Of a DNA stretch of 64,000 nt, positions 1 through 7,927 are shown in pieces (position 1 is the first letter of the stretch; every line of letters begins with the position of its first letter). This stretch comes from a virus. A program made the position numbers and the translations under genes. The stretch spans positions 32,001 to 96,000 of IMG/VR virus record IMGVR_UViG_3300032316_000329, one strand, 5' to 3'. The notes under the pieces are model-generated. The model had not been told where the DNA came from. It saw only the letters and a list, made by a program, of their open reading frames with translations, and searched no databases.

Positions 1-42
1 GTCTGGATCTTCAGAAATTGCTCTAATATCAGGAGTGCTAAC

Positions 43-390
43 ATGGCCTATATGAAGTTCCGTTATAAGACTACACGTAATCCCAGTAACTCTGGTGTTT
101 ATCCGTGTCCGTCAGAGGCAGAATATATTGGCCATGTTTTACGTTTTTCATGGTTGTCCGAGAATGAATTTGGTTTAACTACAGGTGATATAGATGCTCC
201 AGTCCGCATACTTGATAAACGAAACATTATTAAAGCATGGATCGACCGGTCAAATCGTGGCGATAATGTTAAAATCGTTGATAAAAAATATGTTGTAACT
301 GCTGGTCAATTCAATCGTTATTCGTGTACCTGTACCGCATATAAATGGCGTAAGAAATGTTCTCATACTGATGAGGTGAAACATGCCTGA
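43..390 (+). CDS. SWIM zinc-finger protein
   Basis: C-terminal CxC-x8-CxH (CTCTAYKWRKKCSH); AGGAG RBS upstream. Confidence 0.7.
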   Translation: MAYMKFRYKTTRNPSNSGVYPCPSEAEYIGHVLRFSWLSENEFGLTTGDIDAPVRILDKRNIIKAWIDRSNRGDNVKIVDKKYVVTAGQFNRYSCTCTAYKWRKKCSHTDEVKHA

Positions 391-568
391 GTTTCTGTCT
401 AAAGATCCTGCGAAGGCATTAGTTGAGGTTAAAGAAAAGTTGTATGAACGGATTGATATACTCCGTTCTTGTATTAGTCCTGATGGTCCTATTGATCGTC
501 TAGACCACCACTTTAATAATGAGGTAGAGTTTCTTACCGATATATTGGACTTAATCGAGAGGTCATAA
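383..568 (+). CDS. hypothetical protein
   Basis: GAGGT RBS; overlaps both neighbours as in an operon. Confidence 0.6.
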   Translation: MPEFLSKDPAKALVEVKEKLYERIDILRSCISPDGPIDRLDHHFNNEVEFLTDILDLIERS

Positions 569-894
569 TGGGTCCCAATCAGGCAGCAAGATTACTTATT
601 ATGTCGGCCTATTTGTATTATCGATGTGATACAAATGTTATTGATGATGGTGAATATGATAAACTATCTTTATATGTTGCTAAGAACTGGGATAAACTGG
701 ATAGCCAATTACAATGGCAGTTGGTGGACGCCGATGCTATTCGTGCTACTGGTAGTGGTATACTTATTACACAGATGGGCGTAGGTGCTGCCCTTGCCTG
801 GTATAAAAAGAAGAAGAACAAAAACCTTAAAGGGTATAAAATGGATTGGATAGGTCCTCATCCTGAATTTAACTGTTTATATGCGGTGATATAA
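568..894 (+). CDS. stand-alone NAD+-dependent DNA ligase subdomain Ia-like protein
   Basis: YLYYRCDTNVIDDGEYDKL resembles E. coli LigA YLYHVMDAPEIPDAEYDRL; no KxDG adenylation motif. Confidence 0.6.
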   Translation: MGPNQAARLLIMSAYLYYRCDTNVIDDGEYDKLSLYVAKNWDKLDSQLQWQLVDADAIRATGSGILITQMGVGAALAWYKKKKNKNLKGYKMDWIGPHPEFNCLYAVI

Positions 895-895
895 T

Positions 896-1438
896 ATGAA
901 TATGTTTTATCTTTCTACTCGTCCTCATGAATGTGCGGAATGGTCCGTCAATTCTCATTGTGTTAAGATGATCCTTGAGAGTGCCCAACTACTATCAACC
1001 GCACATCGGTTGCTCGACGGTGTAGAGTATACCGACAAGACAAAGACAGGTCGCAATATAAAGCGTTGGCGCCTGGAAGACTGGCGTGAGAATAAACTTT
1101 ATTCTGCTACGCATATTAATCATCCTTGTGCTGTGTGGTGCCGTGAGAACTCTGCTAACTATCGCTGGTTACATGACCTTACAATAGAGTATTGCCGCGA
1201 ATATACCTATCGTTATGGCAAAACGCATAAGATTGAAGAGACAGGTCTATTATCGGACCTATCGATGTCGCCACATAATATAAAAAGATCCACTTTAACA
1301 ACACCTCCAAGTGCCATGGATCCTAAATATATCATATCAAAAGATCCGATAATCAACTATCGGAACTATTACAAGGTCGGTAAGACGCACCTACATAAGT
1401 GGAAGAACCGTCAGCCGCCAGCATGGATTATGGAGTGA
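896..1438 (+). CDS. pyrimidine-dimer DNA glycosylase/endonuclease V-like protein
   Basis: MNxFYL...HCVKMILESAQLLSTAH, THINHPCAVW and YRNYY motifs typical of the phage DenV-like family. Confidence 0.7.
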   Translation: MNMFYLSTRPHECAEWSVNSHCVKMILESAQLLSTAHRLLDGVEYTDKTKTGRNIKRWRLEDWRENKLYSATHINHPCAVWCRENSANYRWLHDLTIEYCREYTYRYGKTHKIEETGLLSDLSMSPHNIKRSTLTTPPSAMDPKYIISKDPIINYRNYYKVGKTHLHKWKNRQPPAWIME

Positions 1439-1441
1439 TAA

Positions 1442-1636
1442 ATGCCAACATATTCGTTTCGTGATAAGAATACAGGTAATGAGTTTGATGCTTTCGTTTC
1501 TATTGCTGAAATAGAAAGATTTTTAGAGGACAATCCTCACCTTGAAAAATTAATTTCAGCACCATGCTTTCTAGGTGCTAATATGAATGGCGGTATTGGT
1601 AATAATAAACCATATGACCCAAAAGGTAAATCGTGA
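1442..1636 (+). CDS. FmdB-like small regulatory protein (Cys-less ribbon)
   Basis: MPTYSFRDKNTG N-terminus; xLxDNPHLE motif. Confidence 0.6.
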   Translation: MPTYSFRDKNTGNEFDAFVSIAEIERFLEDNPHLEKLISAPCFLGANMNGGIGNNKPYDPKGKS

Positions 1637-1899
1637 TGGCTAATTATACATTTAAAGATAAGAATACCAGTGAAGAGACAACCGTTTGGTTGTCTTTCTC
1701 CGAACATGACACATACCTTAATGACAAACCACATCTAGAACAAGTTATTAAATCTGCTACCGTTGTCGATCCCGTTAATATCGGTGTCACACAACCACCA
1801 ACTGATTTCCAAAAGCACGTATTGGGCCGTATTAAGTCGGCAGTACCACAGGCAGATGCCGTTGGTAGTAAGCGATGGCATATTCCTAAGGAGATTTAA
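1636..1899 (+). CDS. FmdB-like small protein, tandem paralog
   Basis: MANYTFKDKNT...YLNDKPHLEQ aligns with the previous ORF; ATG 1636 preferred over GTG 1633. Confidence 0.6.
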   Translation: MANYTFKDKNTSEETTVWLSFSEHDTYLNDKPHLEQVIKSATVVDPVNIGVTQPPTDFQKHVLGRIKSAVPQADAVGSKRWHIPKEI

Positions 1900-1932
1900 A
1901 CGCTGTCTACCGACACACCTAGAAAAAAGTTT

Positions 1933-1969
1933 AGAGGTCGCTCCCGTAAAAAGGAGTCGACCTCTTTTT
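1933..1969 (+). terminator. intrinsic terminator/attenuator upstream of phoH
   Basis: AGAGGTCGCTCC / GGAG-T-CGACCTCT stem followed by a T-run. Confidence 0.65.
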
Positions 1970-2010
1970 GTTATGACGATGCGAATAACAATAAAAATAA
2001 AGGTAAGTAT

Positions 2011-2727
2011 ATGTCAAGAAAGAGTAGAAGAAATAATAACCAATCGCATGAGAACCAAAATCACGCTGAAAAAAATCATTTTGAATTGCGTCATATTAAA
2101 CCACTTACAGTAAACCAAGAGAGAGTGTTTGACGCTTATTATGCTGGCCAAAATCTCATGCTACATGGTTATGCCGGTACCGGTAAAACTTTTCTATCAT
2201 CATATCTAGCAATAAAGGACGTTTTAACACAGGACATATATAAGAAGGTCGTTATCATCCGCTCCGTAGTTCCATCCAGAGACATGGGTTTTCTACCAGG
2301 AACCGAGAAACAAAAAGCGGAAGTATATGAACAACCTTACCAGGAAATTTGTGATGATTTATTTGGTCGTGGTGATGGATATAAAATATTGAAGTTAAAG
2401 GGCCTCGTTGAGTTTACTACCACTTCCTTCTTGCGTGGTACTACATTTAACGATAGTATTATCATTGTTGACGAGTGCAATAATATGTCATTCCAAGAGA
2501 TTGATACAGTTATGACCAGAATTGGCACTAACTCCCGTATCATCTTTTGTGGTGATTATCGCCAGTCTGATTTGGTTAAACCACATGATAAGACAGGTAT
2601 TAGAGAGTTGATGGCCGTTACTCGCCGTATGCCATCATTTGACCATGTTGAATTTAATATTGAGGACATCGTTAGAAGCGGTGTTGTGAAAGAATACATT
2701 ATTCAAAAAACCGAAATGGGACTATAA
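2011..2727 (+). CDS. phoH: PhoH-family ATPase
   Basis: GYAGTGKT Walker A, MGFLPG, FLRGTTF, IIVDECNN, CGDYRQSDL, DIVRSG. Confidence 0.95.
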   Translation: MSRKSRRNNNQSHENQNHAEKNHFELRHIKPLTVNQERVFDAYYAGQNLMLHGYAGTGKTFLSSYLAIKDVLTQDIYKKVVIIRSVVPSRDMGFLPGTEKQKAEVYEQPYQEICDDLFGRGDGYKILKLKGLVEFTTTSFLRGTTFNDSIIIVDECNNMSFQEIDTVMTRIGTNSRIIFCGDYRQSDLVKPHDKTGIRELMAVTRRMPSFDHVEFNIEDIVRSGVVKEYIIQKTEMGL

Positions 2728-2741
2728 CAGTTTACATGTTT

Positions 2742-2749
2742 CATAAATA
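2742..2749 (+). promoter_or_regulatory. T4-type late promoter (CATAAATA)
   Basis: NATAAATA in the intergenic gap 25 nt before a structural-like ORF. Confidence 0.55.
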
Positions 2750-2773
2750 GAATATAAACCCATCGGAGGTCCA

Positions 2774-4411
2774 ATGTCAGTAGATTACATAGTCAACGAA
2801 CACCAAATTTTACCGGAGGGTAATGTTAGGGGTTCAGCAGTATTCGATGTTACAATGGTGGCCACCTCCGATGGGCAACTCGTTACAAATACTAATCCTC
2901 TACCCGTTACCCTCGGCAACTCAGCTATTCAAATTACCTCTAATAATGTCAATGTTACTGTTCCAAATACTATTACGGTAAACTCATCAACTAATGATCC
3001 AATTCACGTTCATATTACTGAAGTCGGGGCAAGCGGTAATCTACAGTTTTCTTACATGCCTATTGGTGGTAACGTCAGTATCTTCCAAAGCACAGGTGCT
3101 GCTATCAATACAGCAAATCCTCTACCGGTCACCGCTGCTATTACAGGCACAGTAACCTCCACTCCAGTAGCAGGCGCATCTGATGCTTTTGGTAGGTTGA
3201 GAACCTCAGATGGATTTACTCTTGGTGACTATAAACACACATATGGTATTGATCCAAACTTCATTGATGAATTTGGTCCTGGTGCTAATGTCATTCACAT
3301 ATCTAATCAAGCAGCAGCCAGATTATCAACAAACAATAGCCCAAGCAGTTATGCTATTCACCAGACGAAACAATATCACAACTATATGCCTGGTAAAAGT
3401 CAGCTAATCAAATCAACAATCAATTTCTATAATGCTACTGCTAACGTAACAAAGAGAACCGGTTACTTTGATGCTAACAATGGTATCTACTTTGAGCAAG
3501 CAGGCAATAGCACATTAAGTCTGGTTATTAGATCGGATACAAGTGGCACAATCACAGAACGCAGAGTACCACAAGCACAATGGAATATGGATACTTGTAA
3601 TACATCCATCACTGGTACTGTAACAGGTAACGTTGGTAGTTTTAATCTTGATATCAGCAATACACAAATCTTCTGGACCGATTTTCAATGGCTCGGTGTT
3701 GGTCGTGTAAGAACAGGTTTCGTACATAATGGTAATCTAATTGTAGCACATGAGTTCTATAACAGCAATTTCTTACCAACCGTTTATATGAGTAATCCTA
3801 ATCTACCAGTTCGTTGTGAGATTAGAAACACTGGTGCCACCACTGGTGCTTACTTTGACCAAATTTGTGCCACTGTTATTTCAGAAGGTGGATATGTTGA
3901 GAGTGGTATTGACTGGGCTATTACAACAGGTAGTGCGGCACAATCAGTAACAACAGCAAGCGGTAACTATCCTCTTATAGCAATTCGTCTAAAGAATAAC
4001 TTTAGAACATATCCAAACAGAGTTACCGTTCGTATGGGCAATATAAATGTGTATGCTGAAAACTATCCAGCATATTGGAAACTTATTAAGTTAGCCAATA
4101 CTGCCGGTATAACGCTTGCTAACACAACATGGATTAGTGCTGATACCGACTCAGCAGTTGAGTATAATCTAACAGGAACTGCTATGGTGGGTGGTGATGA
4201 GATGGATAATGGTATTGTTGGCACAAGCAGTCCTGGTGGTTCCGCTAAAGGTACAGGAACATCACCTGTCAATAATCCAAGTAGTGCCAAGAAAAACTTT
4301 ATTGCTCAAAACATCGCATCATCCAACTCTGAAATATATGTAGTTGCTATTCAAGCGATTGGCGGAACATCCGATGTATGGGCAGGCATTCAATGGAGAG
4401 AGATTTACTAA
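2774..4411 (+). CDS. putative virion structural protein (beta-rich, lectin-like)
   Basis: Thr/Asn/Ser-rich, two NPLPV motifs, SDAFGRLR motif, late promoter and GGAGG RBS. Confidence 0.55.
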   Translation: MSVDYIVNEHQILPEGNVRGSAVFDVTMVATSDGQLVTNTNPLPVTLGNSAIQITSNNVNVTVPNTITVNSSTNDPIHVHITEVGASGNLQFSYMPIGGNVSIFQSTGAAINTANPLPVTAAITGTVTSTPVAGASDAFGRLRTSDGFTLGDYKHTYGIDPNFIDEFGPGANVIHISNQAAARLSTNNSPSSYAIHQTKQYHNYMPGKSQLIKSTINFYNATANVTKRTGYFDANNGIYFEQAGNSTLSLVIRSDTSGTITERRVPQAQWNMDTCNTSITGTVTGNVGSFNLDISNTQIFWTDFQWLGVGRVRTGFVHNGNLIVAHEFYNSNFLPTVYMSNPNLPVRCEIRNTGATTGAYFDQICATVISEGGYVESGIDWAITTGSAAQSVTTASGNYPLIAIRLKNNFRTYPNRVTVRMGNINVYAENYPAYWKLIKLANTAGITLANTTWISADTDSAVEYNLTGTAMVGGDEMDNGIVGTSSPGGSAKGTGTSPVNNPSSAKKNFIAQNIASSNSEIYVVAIQAIGGTSDVWAGIQWREIY

Positions 4412-4413
4412 GG

Positions 4414-4442
4414 TTGACAACTATATATTTGGAGTATATAAT
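4414..4442 (+). promoter_or_regulatory. sigma70 early promoter
   Basis: perfect TTGACA-N17-TATAAT. Confidence 0.85.
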
Positions 4443-4481
4443 GGACGAAACAGTTGAGGAAGACTTTGATGTTGGATGTTA

Positions 4482-5162
4482 ATGAAAACTTTTAATCATG
4501 TAAACACCCAAAAATCTTTATGTGAACTGAATAGAGAAGAATATAATGGAAAACGATACTATGTCTCTCCAAACGGCATCAAATTACCATCCGTCACAAC
4601 TTTTTTATCGCATTTCAAAGGCGACTCCATCCTCAAATGGAGGAAAAAAGTGGGGGAAGAAGAAGCGAATAAAATATCAGCAAGAGCAAGTAGAAGAGGT
4701 ACAAAATTTCATTCGCTTATGGAATCTTATATCTCTAATCAGGAAAGGGATAGTTTTCTGAATGAAAACGTGATGCCTGATATGGTTCAGGCCTTTAATC
4801 AGTTTATTCCTATTCTTGACAGGGTTGATAATGTTCACTATTTGGAAACTATGCTCTATTCTGAAACACTCGGTCTTGCTGGCCAAGTGGACTGTATTGC
4901 CGAGTTTGATGGTATTCCTTCTATCATTGACTTTAAAACTTCTCTAAAACCTAAGAAAGAGGAATGGATTCTCAATTACTTTGAGCAATGTACCTGTTAT
5001 TCTTTGATGTATGAAGAAATGACTGGTGTGCAGGCCAAACAGATTGTGGTTCTTATATCAGTAGACCATGAAGAACCGCAGGTGTTTGTTAAGAGTCGTA
5101 GAGAATACATTCCTGAACTGGCCAATAAGGTCAAACAGTTTAAATCGGAGCATAATTTATGA
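4482..5162 (+). CDS. PD-(D/E)XK exonuclease (cyanophage-type)
   Basis: LPSVTT, RGTKFH, AGQVDCIAE, IIDFKTS motifs; start at 4476 or 4482. Confidence 0.85.
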   Translation: MKTFNHVNTQKSLCELNREEYNGKRYYVSPNGIKLPSVTTFLSHFKGDSILKWRKKVGEEEANKISARASRRGTKFHSLMESYISNQERDSFLNENVMPDMVQAFNQFIPILDRVDNVHYLETMLYSETLGLAGQVDCIAEFDGIPSIIDFKTSLKPKKEEWILNYFEQCTCYSLMYEEMTGVQAKQIVVLISVDHEEPQVFVKSRREYIPELANKVKQFKSEHNL

Positions 5163-5275
5163 AATACTTCCTACTAATAATGGTGTTTCTTTGTCTTGGC
5201 TTGTCTGGTTGCCATGAAGCCCTCGTCATCGGTGATTGCGCTATACGGGGTTCAACTAAAAATCCATGCAAATAA
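5159..5275 (+). CDS. 38-aa putative lipoprotein (not in ORF track)
   Basis: MKYFLLIMVFLCLGLSGCHEALVIGDCAIRGSTKNPCK; Lys + hydrophobic core + lipobox LSGC; ATGA coupling to the exonuclease stop. Confidence 0.6.
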   Translation: MKYFLLIMVFLCLGLSGCHEALVIGDCAIRGSTKNPCK

Positions 5276-5344
5276 TGGTTCAACAGACCATCGTGGTGTT
5301 GCTGCACCACAAATGGAAGAGTTTGAGAACCAAGTAGAATAAAC

Positions 5345-5375
5345 TTGCCAAAAATTTCAATATATGTTATAAATA
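5345..5375 (+). promoter_or_regulatory. overlapping sigma70 and T4-late promoter for the tmRNA
   Basis: TTGCCA-N17-TATAAA with TGn extension; the -10 box is also TATAAATA (5368-5375). Confidence 0.65.
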
Positions 5376-5380
5376 TATCT

Positions 5381-5622
5381 GCTTAGGTCGTTGAGAGACG
5401 TAGAATAAGCGGAAGAGACCTCGGGGCGGTACCGAGCGGGTCCACCATAAGCACATTAAGGTATGTTTAATTGGGCCCGAAATAGGATTGATCTACGTGG
5501 TAAAGGCGTAAGGAGACCGAAAGCAAACGTTAGGTGCCAACGATAACATTGCACCATTTGATATTGCTCTAGCAGCATAATCATTGGGCTGGTGACTTGC
5601 CTAGAAACAGAAAAGTCACACC
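5381..5622 (+). ncRNA. ssrA: two-piece (circularly permuted) tmRNA, alphaproteobacterial type; tag ANDNIAPFDIALAA
   Basis: T-arm CTCGG-GGCGGTA-CCGAG; 3' acceptor strand CGGGTCC-A-CCA (CCA 5445-5447) precedes the 5' strand GGGCCCG (5473-5479) giving G3.U70; GAAATAGGATTGA D-loop analog; tag ORF 5536-5580 ending ALAA-stop; inter-piece pairings ACGTAGA/TCTACGT and GCTTAGGTC/GACCGAAAGC. Confidence 0.92.
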
Positions 5623-5669
5623 TTTTCCATCACTGTGTTTTACCGCACATGCAAAATTGACTCTTCCAT

Positions 5670-5677
5670 ACTAAATA
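5670..5677 (+). promoter_or_regulatory. late promoter variant ACTAAATA
   Basis: recurring intergenic motif upstream of a small ORF. Confidence 0.45.
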
Positions 5678-5702
5678 ATTTTGTAAGAAACAGGAGAGAG
5701 TT

Positions 5703-5804
5703 ATGATTACCTTACTAAAAACCACCTTGACAGTTCTAGTAGTTTCTGCTATAATCTTTCCTGTAATGACACTTGCCGCACACGCACAAGTCATTTTCTG
5801 CTAA
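5703..5804 (+). CDS. 33-aa hydrophobic/signal-peptide-like microprotein (not in ORF track)
   Basis: AGGAGAG RBS; MITLLKTTLTVLVVSAIIFPVMTLAAHAQVIFC. Confidence 0.45.
   Translation: MITLLKTTLTVLVVSAIIFPVMTLAAHAQVIFC
5727..5755 (+). promoter_or_regulatory. sigma70 early promoter for gp33-gp59
   Basis: perfect TTGACA-N17-TATAAT with TGn extended -10. Confidence 0.85.
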
Positions 5805-5820
5805 TACATAGGACTATATT

Positions 5821-6045
5821 ATGACAACTGATGAAATCAATAACTTTTCCATGGCCATAGAGGAACTTGTCTATATGAAGGACGTTCCTTATATTGATGC
5901 AATTGTTATGTATTGTGAAGAAACAGGATTTGAAGTTGAAATGGCCGCCAAACTGGTCTCTGGTGTTCTAAAATCCAAAATTAGAATTGAAGCGGAAGAC
6001 CTTCACTATATCGCAAAGTCAAACACCTCAAAACTACCAATCTAA
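5821..6045 (+). CDS. gp33: late-promoter transcription co-activator
   Basis: FSxxIEELV...YIDAIVxYCEE...LKSKIxxEA; synteny with gp59-gp32. Confidence 0.85.
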   Translation: MTTDEINNFSMAIEELVYMKDVPYIDAIVMYCEETGFEVEMAAKLVSGVLKSKIRIEAEDLHYIAKSNTSKLPI

Positions 6046-6048
6046 ACT

Positions 6049-6660
6049 ATGAAACATTTCACCGGATATGGTGCTTATCTATTGTTCTTGGCATTAAGAA
6101 CCCATTTCACTAATGCCAAGTATGATTTCTTTCAAATGCATGGTAAACTCCGTGCAACAAAGGAGTCTTATATAAAACGCAATGATAAGTCCTTCTTTGA
6201 CAAACTGGCCAGAGATTATTCCTGTGAGAATTTGAGAGACTTTTATGTTGCCAACTTTCTTGAAGATAAACACTATGTAACGGAGTTATTAGATGATACC
6301 GCCGAACGAAACTACCGAGAATATCAGAGAAGAAGGCAGTCCCTCACATATATCTTTACCAGCGAATTGGAGGAGTTATTTGATAGTGGTATTACAAGGC
6401 CTTTTAAATTTAACGATGGCGAGTATCCTGATATTGTCAATCTGTATCTTAGGCATGTCCTCTCTCCCGAAACTCTGGTAATCATAAACGATTTTATACC
6501 CTTTGAGGATAAGTTTAATAAATACCTTAGTGATGATATATTATGGTCTAAGGTATCGTTGAAACTTAGAAAATATAAACCATTCGTTCATTATGATAGG
6601 AATAAGGTGAAATCTATCCTCAAGGAGAAATTACATGATACTAGAGGGAGAAGCATCTGA
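6049..6660 (+). CDS. gp59: helicase loader
   Basis: YLLFLALRTHFT...YDFF...KRNDKSFFDKL; position between gp33 and gp32. Confidence 0.85.
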   Translation: MKHFTGYGAYLLFLALRTHFTNAKYDFFQMHGKLRATKESYIKRNDKSFFDKLARDYSCENLRDFYVANFLEDKHYVTELLDDTAERNYREYQRRRQSLTYIFTSELEELFDSGITRPFKFNDGEYPDIVNLYLRHVLSPETLVIINDFIPFEDKFNKYLSDDILWSKVSLKLRKYKPFVHYDRNKVKSILKEKLHDTRGRSI

Positions 6661-6817
6661 TATTTTACATGATTGGGTTAAAAAGCGATATAATATTTTT
6701 TATAAGTATGACGGTCAAAAGGTATTCATGATTGAAATATATGAACCAGCGACAAAACGAACTTACCTACCAAATGAAGAAACAAAATATTTTCTAGAGA
6801 TTATTTTTTCATACTAA
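6635..6817 (+). CDS. hypothetical protein
   Basis: AAGGAG RBS; fills the gap before the gp32 promoter. Confidence 0.5.
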   Translation: MILEGEASDILHDWVKKRYNIFYKYDGQKVFMIEIYEPATKRTYLPNEETKYFLEIIFSY

Positions 6818-6824
6818 ATAACAC

Positions 6825-6853
6825 TTGACAGGGGCCCTGGCCCCTGTTATAAT
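6825..6853 (+). promoter_or_regulatory. sigma70 promoter of gp32 with palindromic spacer
   Basis: TTGACA-N17-TATAAT; ACAGGGGCC-CT-GGCCCCTGT inverted repeat; ACTAAATA late motif at 6813-6820. Confidence 0.85.
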
Positions 6854-6858
6854 ATATC

Positions 6859-6926
6859 ATATTGTTATGGAAACGTGGACAATATAAAACATACAACATA
6901 TACAACGTTTATACAAGGAGCATACT
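6859..6926 (+). promoter_or_regulatory. putative gp32 autoregulatory leader (pseudoknot plus A/C-rich operator)
   Basis: stem ATATTGTT/GACAATAT; loop AAACGT complementary to ACGTTT at 6905-6910; three ATACAA repeats before the AGGAG RBS. Confidence 0.55.
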
Positions 6927-7874
6927 ATGAATTTTGCTAATCTCAAAAAGCAGTCCAAAGACTTTGGTAACCTACTAAAAGAAGTGGACAAACTCGCTAA
7001 TCCCACCTACGAAAAGGACGAAACTGCCGACCTTTATTGGAAGCCAACACCAGATAAGACTGGTAATGCCTTGGCGGTTATTCGTTTCCTACCTGGTGCT
7101 GCCGTTGATGGTGATGATGCCCTTCCTTGGTGTCAGTATTGGGATCATGGATTCCAGAACAAGACAACAGGTAAGTGGTATATTGAGAAGTCACTAACGA
7201 CCCTCAACCAGAAAGATCCAGTTTCGGAACTAAACTCACAACTCTGGAACTCCTCGCAGGATGATAATGGTCCTGAGCGCAAGCAGGCCCGTGACCAGAA
7301 GCGTCGTCTACATTATGTGGCCAATGTTCTTGTTATCAACGACCCGCAGAACAAGGGTGCCGAGGGTAAGGTGTTTCTCTATAAGTTTGGTAAGAAAATC
7401 TTTGACAAGATTACCAAGATGATGAACCCAGACCTAGAGTCCGAACAGGCAGTAAATCCATTTGACCTTTGGAAAGGTGCCAATTTTAAGTTAAAGGTTA
7501 CCCGTCAGAATGTCAATATGGGTGGTCGTAATGTATCATTCCCTAACTATGATGAATCGGTGTTCCTAACACCAGGTCCATTAAGTGAAGATGATGCCGA
7601 ACTAGAGCAAATCTGGAAGGCAGAACATTCTCTAAAAGAGATTGTTGATCCTAAGCAATTCAAGACCTATGAGGAATTGAAGAGGCGCCTTGAAGATGTT
7701 ATGGGTTATGGTGCAACTTCTGCACCAGCACCAAAGGCCGCTCCAGTTGAAGAGGAAGCACCTTGGGTAGAAACACCTAAGCCAGTTGCTACCAAGCAGA
7801 AGGCACCTGCGCCTGTTGTTGAGGAAGAAGAGGACGAGGATCTCGCTATGTTTCGTAAGTTGGCTGAGGACTGA
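6927..7874 (+). CDS. gp32: single-stranded DNA-binding protein
   Basis: AVIRFLP, HGFQ...GKWYIE, GKVFLYKFGKKIFDKI, PFDLWKGANFKLK, acidic C-tail. Confidence 0.95.
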   Translation: MNFANLKKQSKDFGNLLKEVDKLANPTYEKDETADLYWKPTPDKTGNALAVIRFLPGAAVDGDDALPWCQYWDHGFQNKTTGKWYIEKSLTTLNQKDPVSELNSQLWNSSQDDNGPERKQARDQKRRLHYVANVLVINDPQNKGAEGKVFLYKFGKKIFDKITKMMNPDLESEQAVNPFDLWKGANFKLKVTRQNVNMGGRNVSFPNYDESVFLTPGPLSEDDAELEQIWKAEHSLKEIVDPKQFKTYEELKRRLEDVMGYGATSAPAPKAAPVEEEAPWVETPKPVATKQKAPAPVVEEEEDEDLAMFRKLAED

Positions 7875-7900
7875 GACCTTACAGGATAACTATTGAAGGA

Positions 7901-7927
7901 GAGGAGCAGAAATGCTCCTCTTTTTTT
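7901..7927. terminator. intrinsic terminator between convergent units
   Basis: GAGGAGCA-GAAA-TGCTCCTC followed by T7. Confidence 0.85.

Noticed and set aside
1763-2113. 116-aa alternative-frame ORF
   Set aside because: Overlaps the FmdB-like gene, a terminator and phoH; no RBS or recognisable motif
4441-4482. 13-codon ORF with GGAG upstream of the exonuclease
   Set aside because: Its RBS and ATG lie within the promoter spacer and -10 box, so it is not on that transcript
5275-5337. 20-codon ORF coupled to the lipoprotein stop
   Set aside because: Too short and featureless to support
5415-5447. tRNA-Ala-like 3' end with CCA
   Set aside because: No anticodon arm, and the 5' acceptor strand lies downstream; it is the acceptor piece of the permuted tmRNA
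5381-5622. Cyanobacterial host suggested by cyanophage-like gene order (marine cyanobacteria also have permuted tmRNA)
   Set aside because: The GGCGGTA T-loop and ANDN tag are alphaproteobacterial; no photosynthesis genes in the window
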